DNA of 58,277 nucleotides, filler included, from Sphacelaria rigidula (Eukaryota), in the NCBI GenBank assembly GCA_964200075.2. It is 9 parts of 9 records of this genome, joined end to end, with 100 filler letters (N's around TTAATTAATTAA, not from the genome) between each part and the next. Parts side by side here need not be neighbours in the genome. Positions count along the whole stretch, not along the records: positions 1 to 6,387 come from CAXNAA020020388.1; positions 6,488 to 12,874 come from CAXNAA020020389.1; 7 more parts are not named here. One strand, given 5' to 3'. Positions 1 through 12,974 of this stretch are shown in pieces. Every line of letters begins with the position of its first letter. Within the stretch, counting starts at the first letter, position 1. Under the pieces are notes generated by a model. That model worked only from the letters and a program-made list of their open reading frames with translations. It was not told the origin of the DNA and ran no database searches. Position numbers and translations under genes: made by a program.

Positions 1-295
1 TTTAGCCACCCTATCAAAGAACCCTAAACCGTCCCAATGCAGGCTGTGACTTGGTCAACCCCCCAAACTCCCCTACCCCCCCCCCCCCCCCCCCCCCCCC
101 TAAACTCACGAAACGTTGGTTTCGATCTTTCCCATGTTACCAACCCCGCGTTGATCCTGTGCTTTGTGGAGACAGGGGGTACCGCATGGAATACCCCACA
201 GCTACAGGCACTACAACAAACGACAAAAGAGGCGACCAGAATGCTACAGCCACAATGAAGATACGGCTACTATCAAAACGATATCATTAACTCGC

Positions 296-355
296 CTTGG
301 CATCTTCTGGTCCTTTGCCGCCAGCAGCCTCCACCCTCTCTCTCCACGCCAGTCC
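296..355 (-). CDS. USP deubiquitinase, internal exon D (GC donor)
   Basis: ttcag|GGA acceptor continues EPFTKE with GLAWRERVEAAGGKGPEDAK; ends AAG|gcgagt, with an in-frame TAA two codons later. Confidence 0.7.
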
Positions 356-2269
356 CTGAACACCGATCACCCGAACATTTCCCACCGAAACAAAGTCACA
401 GTGTGATCGATGCAAGCACGTCGAGTCAGTGCCAGAAACGAGACACGGTGGAAAAACAGGCATTTTCACGAGTGACAGAGACAGTAGACCAGCCGCAAAA
501 ACCGGATTCATGACACTTGACTCAAACCTAAACACAAGACAACGAATATACTTGCACGCGCAACATATCAAATTCTGTGATGCAGCATGGAGTTTTCGGC
601 GTTTTGCAGACGCACGTCCAAACAGAACACGCCATCTCATGGCTGTATAGCTCCGTCACGGACTCGTGACAACCTTTCTCGCAAACCAACGTAGAGGCGA
701 AGCTCGGAAGCTCGCTGGTGCCGAGTAAGATCGACACAACAGCATAGATCATTCTAGAGTATGTTCCAAAGCATGTTCATAGAGCGACACACCAAGTTCC
801 TGTAATTTTTTTTATTCTGCCCTGTCCTGTCGTACGTCTGACATGTACTATTTTCGCGACGTGCACCAACAAAATTATCACGGCCAATCAACAGACCATT
901 GTCGCAGATCTCCGGACCACCGCGACGCGTCCATCGCGGCCACTGCCACCAATGGCGTGGCGATCCGTGACTGCGTCCGACACCAGCGAGACGGGAGGAG
1001 ACCCCTTCCCCCCCTCTCCCCCGGAAAAAAAGAACCCACACACCCACACATCAGCAGTACCCGTGAACAATAGACACGGCCTATCTAACGTATAGGTAAC
1101 AGATTCCACCTCGGTGTAGGGTATGAGGAGCGTGTGGGTACGCGACGTAGACAAGGTGTTGGTAAGTCTCACAGGAGGAGGGCTTAGCACGAAGAGCAAT
1201 GACAGACGAATGCACAGCGTGCCCGCGCCCCAGAGAGAGGAGTATGACTACAGCCCAGATTGGGGATTGGAGAATTATAGTCCTAGGGTTACAAGTCCGA
1301 TACGGAGGCCGGGTTGACGAGCCCCGGCCATAAGTAAGAGGGTCGGGAAAGAGGTGGTATGCACACATGGGAATTCATCATATCCGGTCATCAACATCAA
1401 GAAACGCAAAGAACACACGAACAAGCGATGAGAAACTTTCGCGGAAATTCCTCCGACACAAAACCCTACGGTAATACTACTCGTTTCAACTAGTGACCAC
1501 GATTGAGTTCATCTCTGGTTGGTTAATACACCACAACTGATCGACGAAAACCAATCCATGAATCAATCCGTCATAAACCTCATTCCTCTTTCAGCATACA
1601 CCTACCCTGGAGAATACAACGCAGGCGCATTCATCACGATGAAGATTTCAACTCTTTACACACCAAATTTCCCCCCCTCCCAACATTGGAAATAAGCTCG
1701 TAGATCCAACAATCAAACAATATAGGGTCCGGCCCTGTCTCCTAAAAAAAAAAAAAAAACGCCACACACATTGGTATCCCTGTGCTCACGGGAACAACAA
1801 GGTATTGTTGGCTGAAGAGAGGTATTCCTACGCACTCTTACTCAGATCTAGCGCTGAACCCGACCTGCGATCCACCTGGTGAAAAAAAATGCTAGTAAGT
1901 ATCCCTGAAACAATACTTATGACAAACAATCAGCGTGCCTTACGCGATTACGCATGAGGGGATCGGTGACCAAACAGAGAGCTTCAAGGGCGCCGACATC
2001 CGCTACGCTCTCACGGCTAAAACTGCTTGTCCCGACCAATCCGAGGTTCGAAGCTCACGAGAGTACGGCGTCGCGTGTACTGCGCCAAGTTGACAAGGGG
2101 TTCTAGTGGGTTCAGCCCCCACATTGCCTTGAGCAAACTTTTCCGAACCCTCGAGGCGCCTACCCTACATGACGACCGCGTGGCGGTCTGGACAAGCCTC
2201 CGCGTAATCGGCACACGGACCCGCTTGCGGCGTACGTGTTGGGTGAGATTTCCTCCTTCCCTTACTGTT

Positions 2270-2591
2270 TGTGTTCTCATCCCATCTATTTTGGGCGCCG
2301 GTCTACACCTTTCGGTATTGTGGGCGCACCAGCCGGGGTCACACAGGAGCTTTTTCTTTTTTATTTGTTTCTAGTACTCCATCTTCCTTCTGCGGTGCTT
2401 GCCTTTATTTTTCATCGCGAGAGGGGTTCAGCAGGCTCTTTCCCTCGTCGATCGCTAGGTCGAATTTTGTGTACCCACGACGTAGTCGCTCTCCACTGTT
2501 GGGCATGGTGTGAGAAAAATCCTAGATAGCTCCGGGAACTGAACCCACCACCTGAAGGTTTCGAGCTTACCAACTGAGCCACCGGGGCGAC
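2270..2591 (-). mobile_element. tRNA-derived SINE, near full-length copy in a USP intron
   Basis: Minus-strand head GTCGCCCCGGTGGCTCAGTTGGTAAG...GGGTTCAGTTCCC has Pol III A- and B-box-like motifs. The head recurs at 6329-6380 and 38920-39003; the body recurs at about 46650-46855 and 25536-25600. Confidence 0.7.
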
Positions 2592-2700
2592 AAACAAAAT
2601 CTGGACCAATATGTGTCGAACTAACCCCGCGTCTACCCGACCCGGGTCGAGCACCGATTACTCCTTAGGGTCGACGTATGCATACATGGGGCGTACGCAC

Positions 2701-2868
2701 CTCTTTCGTGAAGGGCTCAAGATCCAAGCTCTTGGGGAAGACGAAACGAGTGTTAACCTTTTCGGTTTGGAAAGTGTCGAGGTTCATCTGGAATCGGGTG
2801 AGGTGCATCACCAGGTTTGGCGGCAGCTGTCCCAGAACGGTCCGCTTGTGAATCGTGACGTCTCGTCG
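2701..2868 (-). CDS. USP deubiquitinase, internal exon C
   Basis: gctag| ... |gtgcgt, 168 nt, phase 0/0; RRDVTIHKRTVLGQLPPNLVMHLTRFQMNLDTFQTEKVNTRFVFPKSLDLEPFTKE has the LPxxLxxHLxRF and KxNxxFxFP USP boxes. Confidence 0.9.
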
Positions 2869-3415
2869 CTAGCGTATAAAAAAAAGTGGTATCAAGACAA
2901 GTGAGCACAGGGCGGACGGGAAAACGAGGAGGAAAAAAACGAAGAAAATAAGAGAAAAAACAACGTCAAGTAATGGAGCTGTGCACTTGAAAGTGCAACA
3001 CAGTAACACATGAGAGACGAGAACGAAAATACGCGCATACCCTCATAGGGTGAGGTGTGTATGCAGTATTGCGAGTCGATCCATCTACCCATCTGTCAAC
3101 CGCCTCGACACGTTGCCGTGTGAAAGCTTGAAGCGCGCCGCGGAAGTGCAGTCACGGCGTTGCCCAAACTTTCGGCAGCTGGCGTGTTTATCTCTTTCGA
3201 ATCCGTACGTTATGCTTTCAGGTACCCAGCTTGTTTTCCCTCGTTCCCCCCCCCCCCCCCCCCCCCCCCAAAAAAACAAAAACAAAACCAACAAACACAC
3301 ACAACACCCCCCCCACCACCCCCCACCCACCCACACANNNNNNNNNNGGAGGACGGCGTTTTTATTCTTTATCAACCCCTACCATATGTTTTAAAGAAAC
3401 AAACTTTTTTTCCCC

Positions 3416-3446
<31 letters not shown>

Positions 3447-3906
3447 AAACCCAAATGCGAAAGGACAAGCACAAAATGTCCGCCGAGCAATCCAACATCC
3501 GTCCAAACAAACCAATACCGTAAAAGTTAAATCACCAACCGACCAACGGTGCTCTCGTACCTCCTGTACTCGAGTCGACAAGTATCTTTACCCATACGAT
3601 CTTCAGGGTCGATGTAATGTACGGGCTTTGGAGCTCTGCCGTGATTTGACCAGTGCAGATGTTCGACTTGCGCTTATGGTATTGTTGCCAACTCACACTG
3701 CCTCGGAGACATGTAGCATTTTAAGACAGCAGCAGAAAACACCGAACACAGGTGGCTAACTTCTTAGAGTCCACGAACGCCGATATGTCGCCATAATTTG
3801 ATGCACATTCAAGAGTGCTCTTGTTGGAAGGACCTCTTCATGACTTCCAGTCGAGGAGCCAAGGCAAAAAAAATTACGCACGAAATTGACACAGAGAGTC
3901 GCAAAC

Positions 3907-4359
3907 CTCGTCGTCCCAAGCGTATCCCTCAATGATCTCCTTCTCTGTCAGCTTCTTCAGCGCGTCCTCCACCCCGACCATGTTCTTCACCTCCAGACTT
4001 ATGCACATGAATGCCTCCCCTCGCTCCCTTGTGTCGAAACCTGTCTCTACAATCTCCGTAGATTGCTCCATGGCATTTCCACCTTCTGTCCCATCCTCAT
4101 CGTGACGCCCCACCTCTCCGCCCAAACTGTCACCTCCTCCGTTCCCTGCGGCAGCAGAGTCGCTTTCACCACTGCACACGCTTGCGTGTTGAGGGGTATG
4201 GAGGGGAGGCGTGCCTTTCGATTGCGATGTGCTTGTGGACGTTGTCAAGGTGGAAGGTGACATCTGGGAGACCGGCTTGGGACAGATAAGTTGCGTGATC
4301 TGTCGGCCTTCGAAGGTAGACATGAGCAGCTTCGATTGCGGCGTATTTTTCAGTCCAGC
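3907..4359 (-). CDS. USP deubiquitinase, internal exon B
   Basis: gccag| ... |gtttgc, 453 nt, phase 0/0; AGLKNTPQSKLLMSTFEGRQITQLICPK...EAFMCISLEVKNMVGVEDALKKLTEKEIIEGYAWDDE is the USP fingers region. Confidence 0.85.
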
Positions 4360-5391
4360 CTGGCTCCGTCAGGTACGCGACGAAGTTCATTCAGGACAGG
4401 AAGCCCGGTATGGGCAGGCAAGAGGGGTGGGAGGAGGGGAGGGGAGGGGAGAGGGGGGCGTACTCATTTGTTACTTGCCTCAGTCACTTGACCATTGACA
4501 ACGCATCCCTTTCGAGACCGAGCACGGTTCCCACTCCTAATACAGACACCTCTAACATTTGGGCGCTCGTTATTTTTCTTCGACACATTACACGACAACC
4601 TTTCACATATCTTATCCCCGTCCTCTTTCGCCGTCTGTGGCTACCATCTGTCGCCTAGCATAGCGATCGCCTTCTAGCTACTGTCTGATGTACCACGCGG
4701 AGTAGGGGAGGGAGAAAGGGTGGGGAACTCGCTGTCGAAAGTAGATCCTCACTCGCGTGAGAACGTGAAAACATATGTGTCAGGTCAACTGCGTACATAC
4801 AGCATGAAACAAGCCCAGGATACGTCACGTATACGACAATCTCTCATGAGGATCAGGCCTTCAGTTCTACCATCAGTCCTAGTATTTAGACCCGAAGTCA
4901 AAACATAGAACACAATGTGGGGTGAACTCCCCGAAGACGTTGGTAAGAGGAGCAAGGTGGCGGGCCCTAAGAATGCATGCTCGTGCTCTCCACACGCCCC
5001 GGAAAAAAATGGAAGCCCTCGCGAAACGTATAAACTCCAGCTTCCACCACCGAGGGCTATAAAGTGTACCCGAAGCACAGGGGCGGCGGGTAAGAAACAA
5101 GCGATGAAAAAACACGAGCCGCCCCGACTTCTTGCAGAAAATAGTCAAGACATGCCCGTTGGGCCGAGGCCATGCAAGACAAGCAGTGCTGTTTTATTTT
5201 GCTTGATTTCCAACAGTGCACGGTATCGATGCAGAGCCAACAAGCAGTCCAAACATGGAACTTTCAAGTAACGATCCAAGTAAAACTTGCGTCATGACCA
5301 GGGATTAAAATTCGACTCTCGGTGAAGTGGAATAACGCAATCTGCGTGAAAGGAACAAAAAAAAAGCTCAGTGCCCACACTACTTTCATAC

Positions 5392-5508
5392 CTCCATTTT
5401 ATCGAAGAGATCCAAGAGGAAGCCTTGAGCATCTTGCTGCACGCTGACATCGATGGGGTTACCGTCCAGATCCTTCACCGTCCGCAAAAACGGAAGAGGA
5501 TCCACCGC
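5392..5508 (-). CDS. Ubiquitin-specific protease (peptidase C19, USP9/USP24/USP34-like), internal exon A
   Basis: ccgcag| acceptor, |gtatga donor, 117 nt, phase 0/0; AVDPLPFLRTVKDLDGNPIDVSVQQDAQGFLLDLFDKME contains the USP QxDAxEF-type box. Upstream exons (Cys box) were not found in this contig. Confidence 0.85.
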
Positions 5509-6328
5509 CTGCGGACATGAGGGTTGCACGAAAGAGTTTCCTTCAGCAAGAGTGTTTGTTGATTTACCTTGGGCGGTACGTCTATCTGGTGACCACGGCT
5601 GGATTTGTAGCGGATCAGTCAATCAACGACAATCAACGACAATCTATGACAATCTACGACAGTCCATGCATCCACATTTCAATCAATGAGCCAACAAAAC
5701 ATGGGTACACCGAAGATATGGCTACAGCAGAGGAAGCCGCACATGACTAGGCTACGCCAGATATCGCCACACCAGGTACCGAGATCCGGAGCCCATATGA
5801 ATAGGGTGGCCCGTGTACTGGACCGAGCGGGAGAACACAAAACAGGGCGAGAGCCCAACACGAATGTGGCCATCGCGCAAACCCGGAATGCCCATCCCTG
5901 ACGACCAACGCAACGCTAAACGGCCAAACCGGACCCTCGGGTAACCGGTGTATGTGCCTGAAGAGTGAGAAAGAGCACCAGGTCAAGGTTTACTCCTTGC
6001 TCTTTTCGGGGACTAAAACACACACACACATGCACACAAGAGGCTTGGTGCTATGCATCAAGGCAGGAGGTACAGTACACAACGGCCATTCCACAAGCTC
6101 GATATCATCTGGTCTCCGCCTTATAAAGCAAGTTCTACAATTAAACCCTCGCCGAATCCTTCCACGCCAACACTGACTCCACGGCGTCCATAGCAGACAT
6201 GTCGCCGTTAGCGTGACCACATCCACACGCGACAAACAAGGAAGCGATACCGAACATATTAATACGTCAAACACAGCCACGTACGGTACGAATGCTGGTG
6301 TTGTGAAAAGCCAAGGGACATGTAGCCG

Positions 6329-6380
6329 GTCGCCCCGGTGGCTCAGTTGGTAACCTCGTAACCTTCTGATGGTTGAGTTG
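6329..6380 (+). mobile_element. tRNA-derived SINE head, truncated near the contig end
   Basis: GTCGCCCCGGTGGCTCAGTTGGTAACCTCGTAACCTTCTGATGGTT matches the head of the 2270-2591 element. Confidence 0.65.
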
Positions 6381-6387
6381 GGGGGTT

Positions 6388-6487
6388 NNNNNNNNNNNNN
6401 NNNNNNNNNNNNNNNNNNNNNNNNNNNNNNNTTAATTAATTAANNNNNNNNNNNNNNNNNNNNNNNNNNNNNNNNNNNNNNNNNNNN
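6388..6487. other. Artificial contig linker (44N-TTAATTAATTAA-44N)
   Basis: Identical 100-nt spacer carrying stops in all six frames; also at 12875-12974, 19362-19461, 25848-25947, 32334-32433, 38820-38919, 45306-45405 and 51792-51891. Confidence 0.98.
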
Positions 6488-6990
6488 TGACAATTAAACA
6501 CGCATCCAAATAGAGACGGAGCACCGTGCCTACTGCGAAGAGAGACACCACCAACATTCTCCTGCTAACCCCCCCCCCCCCCCCCCCCCCACTGTGCGAG
6601 CTGGCGCAAACTGAACTGCTAAACACAATATGTGCTCTCAGCATGGTACGTATAGTAAGGTCAACATGTGAAAGTATAAACTTTGACTTGCACAAGTATT
6701 CAGATATACATGCAGCAGTATTTATAGGATTTATGGATGTTGTCAGGTTCGTTGTGCTGATTGTGCTATCGCTATTATTTCCAGGGTGCTGATTCATAGA
6801 TGTTTCGTCAATAATAAATAAATCCAATGTACTGTGGTGGTGTTAGGACGTAGGACGGCCATTTTGTTGTTCCCACCTCTAACGCATACACAGACACTAC
6901 ACGCCAATGTGAGACGCGATCGCTTCCGCGGGTGTGTGCTTGGGGTGCTCGTGGTACGGAAAAAAACGAAACAAAACAAAACAAGCACAG

Positions 6991-7869
6991 GTGGAAGCAG
7001 AACAGGCGCGCGGACTCGGCGAATTCGCCAAGGGAGAGCTAGGGTCCGCCGCATTTCAAGTCCTGATAGCACCGCCCCGGCCGCCACGAAAACATCATGA
7101 TGGGCAAAATGCGGATGACGAAGATCGAGAACATGTGCTGTCTGATGAGAATGACGAATATCGAGAACACGTACGGTATGATACCAGTGGCCATGCTTGG
7201 CTCTCGGCAATAACGGATAATGACAAAACCGGGGGAGCGCTGCAGCGACAACAGCGACGGCGGCAGAAGCCGCGAAAACAGCGGCAAGAGCAGCCCCGCG
7301 GATACGACGATGACGAGCACGAGAGCTTTGATTATGATGATGATGGTGATAATGACGGTGATGATGATGGGGTTTCTGCAGGCCAAAGTGTTTCTTTTCA
7401 AAAAAGAGGATCTTCCGTCATCACATCCAGAGAAGGTTCCTCAATGTCCTCTGTTTCTTCTCCCCGAGGCAATCATCGTGATGAGTCATCGTCCTCAGCT
7501 AAAGGATCATCGATTTCGCGGCTAGGCCCACGGTTCCGTTCCGAATCAAGACCACCCCGGTCCTCGGAGGAAGGCGACAAAAAGAAGGATGGTGGTGACG
7601 ACGACGACGACGACGACGACGATAATGATGATGATGATGGTGGTGATGATGATTCACCTTCAGTGGGGGCTAGGAGAGAACAAGGAATCCCCGAAGGAGG
7701 GCATGGTCGACGTGTCAATGATGGTCGCGGCCGTGGCGATCGTGAGACGAGGGCACTGACCGTCCCAGAGAAGCAACGGCAACGAGGAAGGGCAGCGGAA
7801 ATGACATTCACGAAGGCAAGTAGCAGAAAAAACAGTAGTAGTGGTGGGTACCACTACCGACGAGGATAG
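6991..7869 (+). CDS. Probable terminal exon of a hypothetical acidic, Ser/Arg-rich disordered protein
   Basis: gcacag| acceptor at 6990, then 292 open codons to TAG (VEAEQARGLGEFAKGELG..., poly-Asp tracts); no recognisable domain. Confidence 0.55.
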   Translation: MEAEQARGLGEFAKGELGSAAFQVLIAPPRPPRKHHDGQNADDEDREHVLSDENDEYREHVRYDTSGHAWLSAITDNDKTGGALQRQQRRRQKPRKQRQEQPRGYDDDEHESFDYDDDGDNDGDDDGVSAGQSVSFQKRGSSVITSREGSSMSSVSSPRGNHRDESSSSAKGSSISRLGPRFRSESRPPRSSEEGDKKKDGGDDDDDDDDDNDDDDGGDDDSPSVGARREQGIPEGGHGRRVNDGRGRGDRETRALTVPEKQRQRGRAAEMTFTKASSRKNSSSGGYHYRRG

Positions 7870-9312
7870 CGAGCGTCGTCGGCATCGGGGAAGGGGAGTA
7901 GGGGCAGGCGGAAGGCACACCGGCAGGTACAGTTAATGCAATAAAGAACTCGCGCAATCGTGAACAGTAACATTCCGTACACACTGATATACGTATATAC
8001 ATATTGATGATGGAGATAAACCTACTACCATTCGGCTACTGTCCGAAATTACGAGAATGGAGTTCCCAGATAAACTGCAAGTGCGGTCTAACCGCTTTTA
8101 CAGCGAAGTGTGGGCATATATGTATGTGGGGGGAGAGATGTAAATACCGGTATATATTGGCACAAAGCCTTCGCCGTTGACTCGTGTGGAAAATACTTAC
8201 AAGCGCAGGGTTCCAAATGCCATCAAACGCTGTTTTGGGCACATCATTCAGCAGCTATACATGTCGTGGTTGCCTGTGGTTTGGGTGGTGCGCGTCGTGT
8301 GAGCTTCATGATACGGCATCGGTGTTGAAAGCATACAGTACTTACGTGGGAATTGATTGATTGTCGTACGTCAAGGAATTGTTTGTCAATATTGTTGTTG
8401 GCAAGTGCAGCAAGTTTACATCATTTAATGGATATACTCGAAACGTAAATCAATGGCTGAACGAGTTGATACAGGTAATTTAACTTTGCAAACAATACTC
8501 CGCGAGCCAGGTTCGACGCTTTTTGTTTTTTGGCAATGCATTTTTGTATCAACTTGATGATATTGTATTCTCTCAAGTGATACGATGTTTCGACAGCAGG
8601 CCGTTTCAAGTATATATACCCTGCTACATTTATCCCTAATACTTATCAAAATATCCCCGAAATGGAATTTTTTCCACCTCATGTCTTCTCTTTTATTTAT
8701 TTTTTCTTGTGCATGGCTATCAAAAAGCTTACCGCCCCGGAGCCCATTGTACTGATGGTGCGATAGCTGACGTTGGAAAGCACAAGTATTCAGTAAAAAG
8801 CTTCGTAAACTGTTTCTTCATACTTCAGGACCAGGACGGAAGGGGAAAAATCCGGTAACGGCACAGATTCCATCCTGAAAAACAGGTTCAGGATAAACGT
8901 TTCAGGATCAGAGCCCTGTTTTGAGCCCTCCATCCTGAAGCCTGAGGTTTCACTTCAAAACTCAGGATGGGACGAAGAGGAATAACCATCGCTTCCACCA
9001 CCACTACCACAGCCAGTTCACAATCAATATACCCTAAGAAGCAAAGCGACGTAGGACATCCATAAAAACTGTAATTTCTCTTACAATAGACCAGTCACGA
9101 CGTAGAAAATATTGACATTACAGTCAGGGGACCGCCCTGCCGTCGTCATGGGGTCAGCATTCGCTTGGTTGTGTTGCTTGAAATATCAAGGCTTGGTCGG
9201 CAAAAGACGTTGCCTCGGGTACAGCTCCTCACTCGTGCCAGCCTCGTGCAATATCAGCTTCCCAAAACGAGCTTGGAGTTTTCCCGAAACTGCCTATTTT
9301 TATTGTCATCGG

Positions 9313-9745
9313 TCTTCTTCGTCTTCTCTGTCTCCTTCTTCTTCTTCTTCTTCTTCTTCTTCTTCTTCTTCTTCTTCTTCTTCTTCTCCTTCTTCTCCTT
9401 TCTATCATTATCATCACCATTACCATCGTCATGATCATCATCATAATTATCATTTCCATGGTTATTATAATCATTATCATTACCATCACTATTATTGGCA
9501 GCATTATCATTATAATTATCACCATCACTATCACTGTCACTACCATCATCATTATCATTATCACTATCATAATCATCATCGCTATCGTTAGCGTTGTCTT
9601 TTTTTTTTGTCATTATTGTTGTCATTGTTGTTGTCATTTTTATTATCATTATACATTTATCATTATTGTTGTCATTGTTGTTATATTATCAGTACCATTA
9701 TTGTTTTCATCGGTTTTGTCATTATTACTATTAAATCATCATAAT
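9313..9745. repeat. Compound microsatellite: (TCT)n then degenerate (ATC/ATT)n
   Basis: Directly visible; it explains the poly-S/H/I/K ORFs in the track. Confidence 0.95.
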
Positions 9746-11255
9746 AAACGTATATATATTTCTGAAAGTCGCTAGATCTCAGATTTGTGAAGCATATATA
9801 CGTTTTTCAGTGTCGACTGTTGCTAGTACACTGGCAGTCGGGCGCTGAGCTCGTCACTACATGTAGCAAGTACGCACAAAGCGCACTGAATGGATAGATA
9901 AACATTGTTTTCGCACTCTATTTTCATATATCAATGTTGGTGTCACCATTCCCATTTTCCGTACTATATATGACACCTGTTAAGCATATCGTCGTACCTA
10001 TATTTCCTTGTTTGCCATGCCCATGATTTGTGCTCAAAATACTCATGGTGCTTATGTTGCCTTGCTGTTGTACCTCTATGTCGTGTCAACATGTCTACGC
10101 CTTGCTGTCATGCCTGCATTGCACGTATTTTGATGTTATTGCTCTATGTTTCGTTGATACGATCCTATACATGTAATAACCACCGTATCAATATGCTCCG
10201 TTGTTATCATAACCGTGTATCCTTCTCACCATCACATCGATTATCATACCTTTCGGGGGGAGGGAACATATATTTCTTTGTCATGATTCCTATTTTACAA
10301 CTTGATGGTACCATTGTGTGGCTGTCGTGACACCTAAGCTAAGTCTCGATATATTCGTTTACGAACCAGCGGCCCGCCACGAAAACGAATGAGAAACAGA
10401 GGAAGCGTGCGCGTCTGAGGGGGAGGGAGTACCCGCTCCTTGTTTGCCTTCGTCGTTTGACCATTGACCACGCACTCCTTTCGAGACGGAACACCGGGGG
10501 GGAGGCGGGAGGGTGTACTTATGACTTCGCATCGTTACAAAGCGACTCGAGCACAAGCGTTTCGCGATGTCAATTCAAGTCGGATCTCTTCCATGAGGCG
10601 TGAAAATCTTCCAACGTGTTATGACCATCGCCAAATGAGAACACGAGGTTCCCACGAAAGACTGGCTACCACGTGTGTGTGTGTGTGTGTGTGTGTGTTT
10701 GTAACTACGTATTCGTTAGGTTGAGAGTCTAGCGCTGACAGAGAGGGAGTTTTATCATTCGCTCTAACTTGATCAATTTTTCATTTTTTGTGCCTTTCTT
10801 TGGCTGCAACACTATCGCGTGCTTACAGCTACACTTCGACATCCTACTCAGGGATATCTAAGGCTTCAGTAGCAAGCCATTAAAGGAAGCGTATTCGGCC
10901 TCGCGTAAGGCCCAGAGGGGCATTGCGGAACTGAAGCTGTATGTTATTCCGTCACTGAACTCGTCTCACCCTCACTCGCACCCTAGACTATTAATCTTGC
11001 GTATACATTATTGTGTGTGTTCATGCTCTGGTTATGGAGTCCACGTTCGCGGATGAAGTGTGGAGCACACACGCACACTATCATTTACCTATGTCATCGG
11101 GACTAAGTCGGCTATAACAATCTACCCGGTGTTCGGGGGAAGAAAATTCGTTGAAGTTGTTCAGGGTATGTCAATGTTGCGGAATCCTACGAAGGCCCGG
11201 TGTGTGCTCTTCACGTGCATGTGTGCGAGGTTTTGTTTGTATTCCGTGGTGCTGT

Positions 11256-11495
11256 GATACCCCCCTCCAGAGAATGTGACTGGTCAGAGGAGGCAAGATC
11301 AACATGCGAATCAAAATGACAAAAGCCGAGCACACTGAGCAGCTGGGAACTCCCACGCTTGGGATCTTTCTCGCTAATTATGCCCGCACGAGGAGTTTCA
11401 TGCAGTCTGATACTCGCTATCACGCGCCGTATGGCCATTTGTTTATGACGGTTTCGGGGCTGGTTTGGGGGGGGGGGGGGGGGGGGGGGATTCGT
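11256..11495 (-). mobile_element. MITE-like element, diverged copy of the 50424-50670 family
   Basis: Internal sequence is the reverse complement of about 50440-50630 (GCCGAGCAC..GAGCAGCTGGGAA..CCCACGCT); C-run and G-run termini. Confidence 0.6.
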
Positions 11496-12974
11496 GACAT
11501 CACTCTATTGTTATTACTGTTATTATTGTCGTTGTTGTCGTCGTCGTTGCCATCTCTCGCCGTCGCTCTTGCTGTTGTTTCCGCTACAATAGCGATGGTC
11601 ATGTACCTGCTCAGAAAACAAAAAACGTTATCTGCTCGTCCTCAAGATTTGCATGGCTTACCGCTTCCTGCAGGCAACTACAATCAAGCGCCCCGGTGCA
11701 GGGAATGCTGGCGGCAGTGGCAGGGGAGGTGGTATCACAAAGCGTAGGAAGGCAACGAGCCTTGCTAGAGATGTCGAAGGATTCGTGGCGGAGCTCGGAG
11801 TGGAAGAGGGGGATGTCGCCTCGAGAATCGAGGGTTTTAAAGTGGAGGCAAGTGGGATAGCTGAGACAGTTTCGAATACACAAATGTTGGTTGCGTAGCG
11901 TGGCTTCCACCTTCGTACATACATGTGGGTACATCACCAGGTCATCAAAACGTCACTAGATGTTCGGAGGGTGGAGGGCAATAACAACAAAAATAAATAC
12001 CGGGTGTCCGACGAAACGGCCACATGATGTAAAAAATGCCTCTGTAATTGGTATACGTTATGTTGCAATCACTGTGTAGCCCTCGAGGAGATGATCCCAG
12101 CGTGTGAGACTCAGAGGATGTCTGTGGCGTCGGAAAAAACACAAAACAAAACAAAGTTCCGAGCTTTTATTCTGTACATAGGGTATACCGTTCAAAAATC
12201 GGGTATTTACGCACGTATTGAAACGGGTATGATTATTATCTATGAATACCCTTACAAACTATACCGGGCTCATCGGAACAGGGCTCGATACCCTCCCGAC
12301 GGACCGTACCAGAAAGTTCGGTACCCTCATCGATATGATTCCTCAATAGTATGCCAACAAAAAATTACGCACTTGTTGGGGTATATACCTTATTGAACAC
12401 AACCTTGCAAGCTTCGATCACTCGTGTGGACCGAAGTTCTTCCGGCCCACCTCGACCTTTGCGACCAGCCTGGAACGGGACGACGACCGCAGGATCAAAA
12501 CCTCACAGTGTGGTCCACAACTTCATGGCACCAGGATCTTGTGAACTCATCTCATGAGAGTTGAAAAGTTCCCGTCGGGTTGTGTGACGTCTGGGGCATT
12601 TGATTACAACGTGTGTTGGCTCAAAAAACAGGAGGGGGCACCGCCACGCACTTTCGACACTATGCGTGCTCTCATAGAGAGGAATATGCTATGGCTCATG
12701 TTTTTGTTTTTTTTCGATTTGGAGGGCTCCCGAGGTTTCGCTAATGGCCGTCACTTTCTACGATAGCCCCCCCCCAAGAGAGCTACGACAAATGAGTACG
12801 CCCCCCCCCCCCAAAAAAAAAGAGCTACGGAAGGAACGTAATGAGCGCCAGAATGTCGGAGGTGCCTCTATTAGNNNNNNNNNNNNNNNNNNNNNNNNNN
12901 NNNNNNNNNNNNNNNNNNTTAATTAATTAANNNNNNNNNNNNNNNNNNNNNNNNNNNNNNNNNNNNNNNNNNNN

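Noticed and set aside
3050..3759. Pro-rich ORFs in the USP intron
   Set aside because: Derived from poly-C and poly-A runs, span a 10-N gap and lie antisense within an intron.
9112..9775. Poly-His, Ile, Lys and Arg ORFs
   Set aside because: Translations of trinucleotide microsatellites.
11653..11898. Possible terminal exon (GNAGGSGRGG...TQMLVA)
   Set aside because: Plausible composition and an AG acceptor, but no partner exon or recognisable domain.
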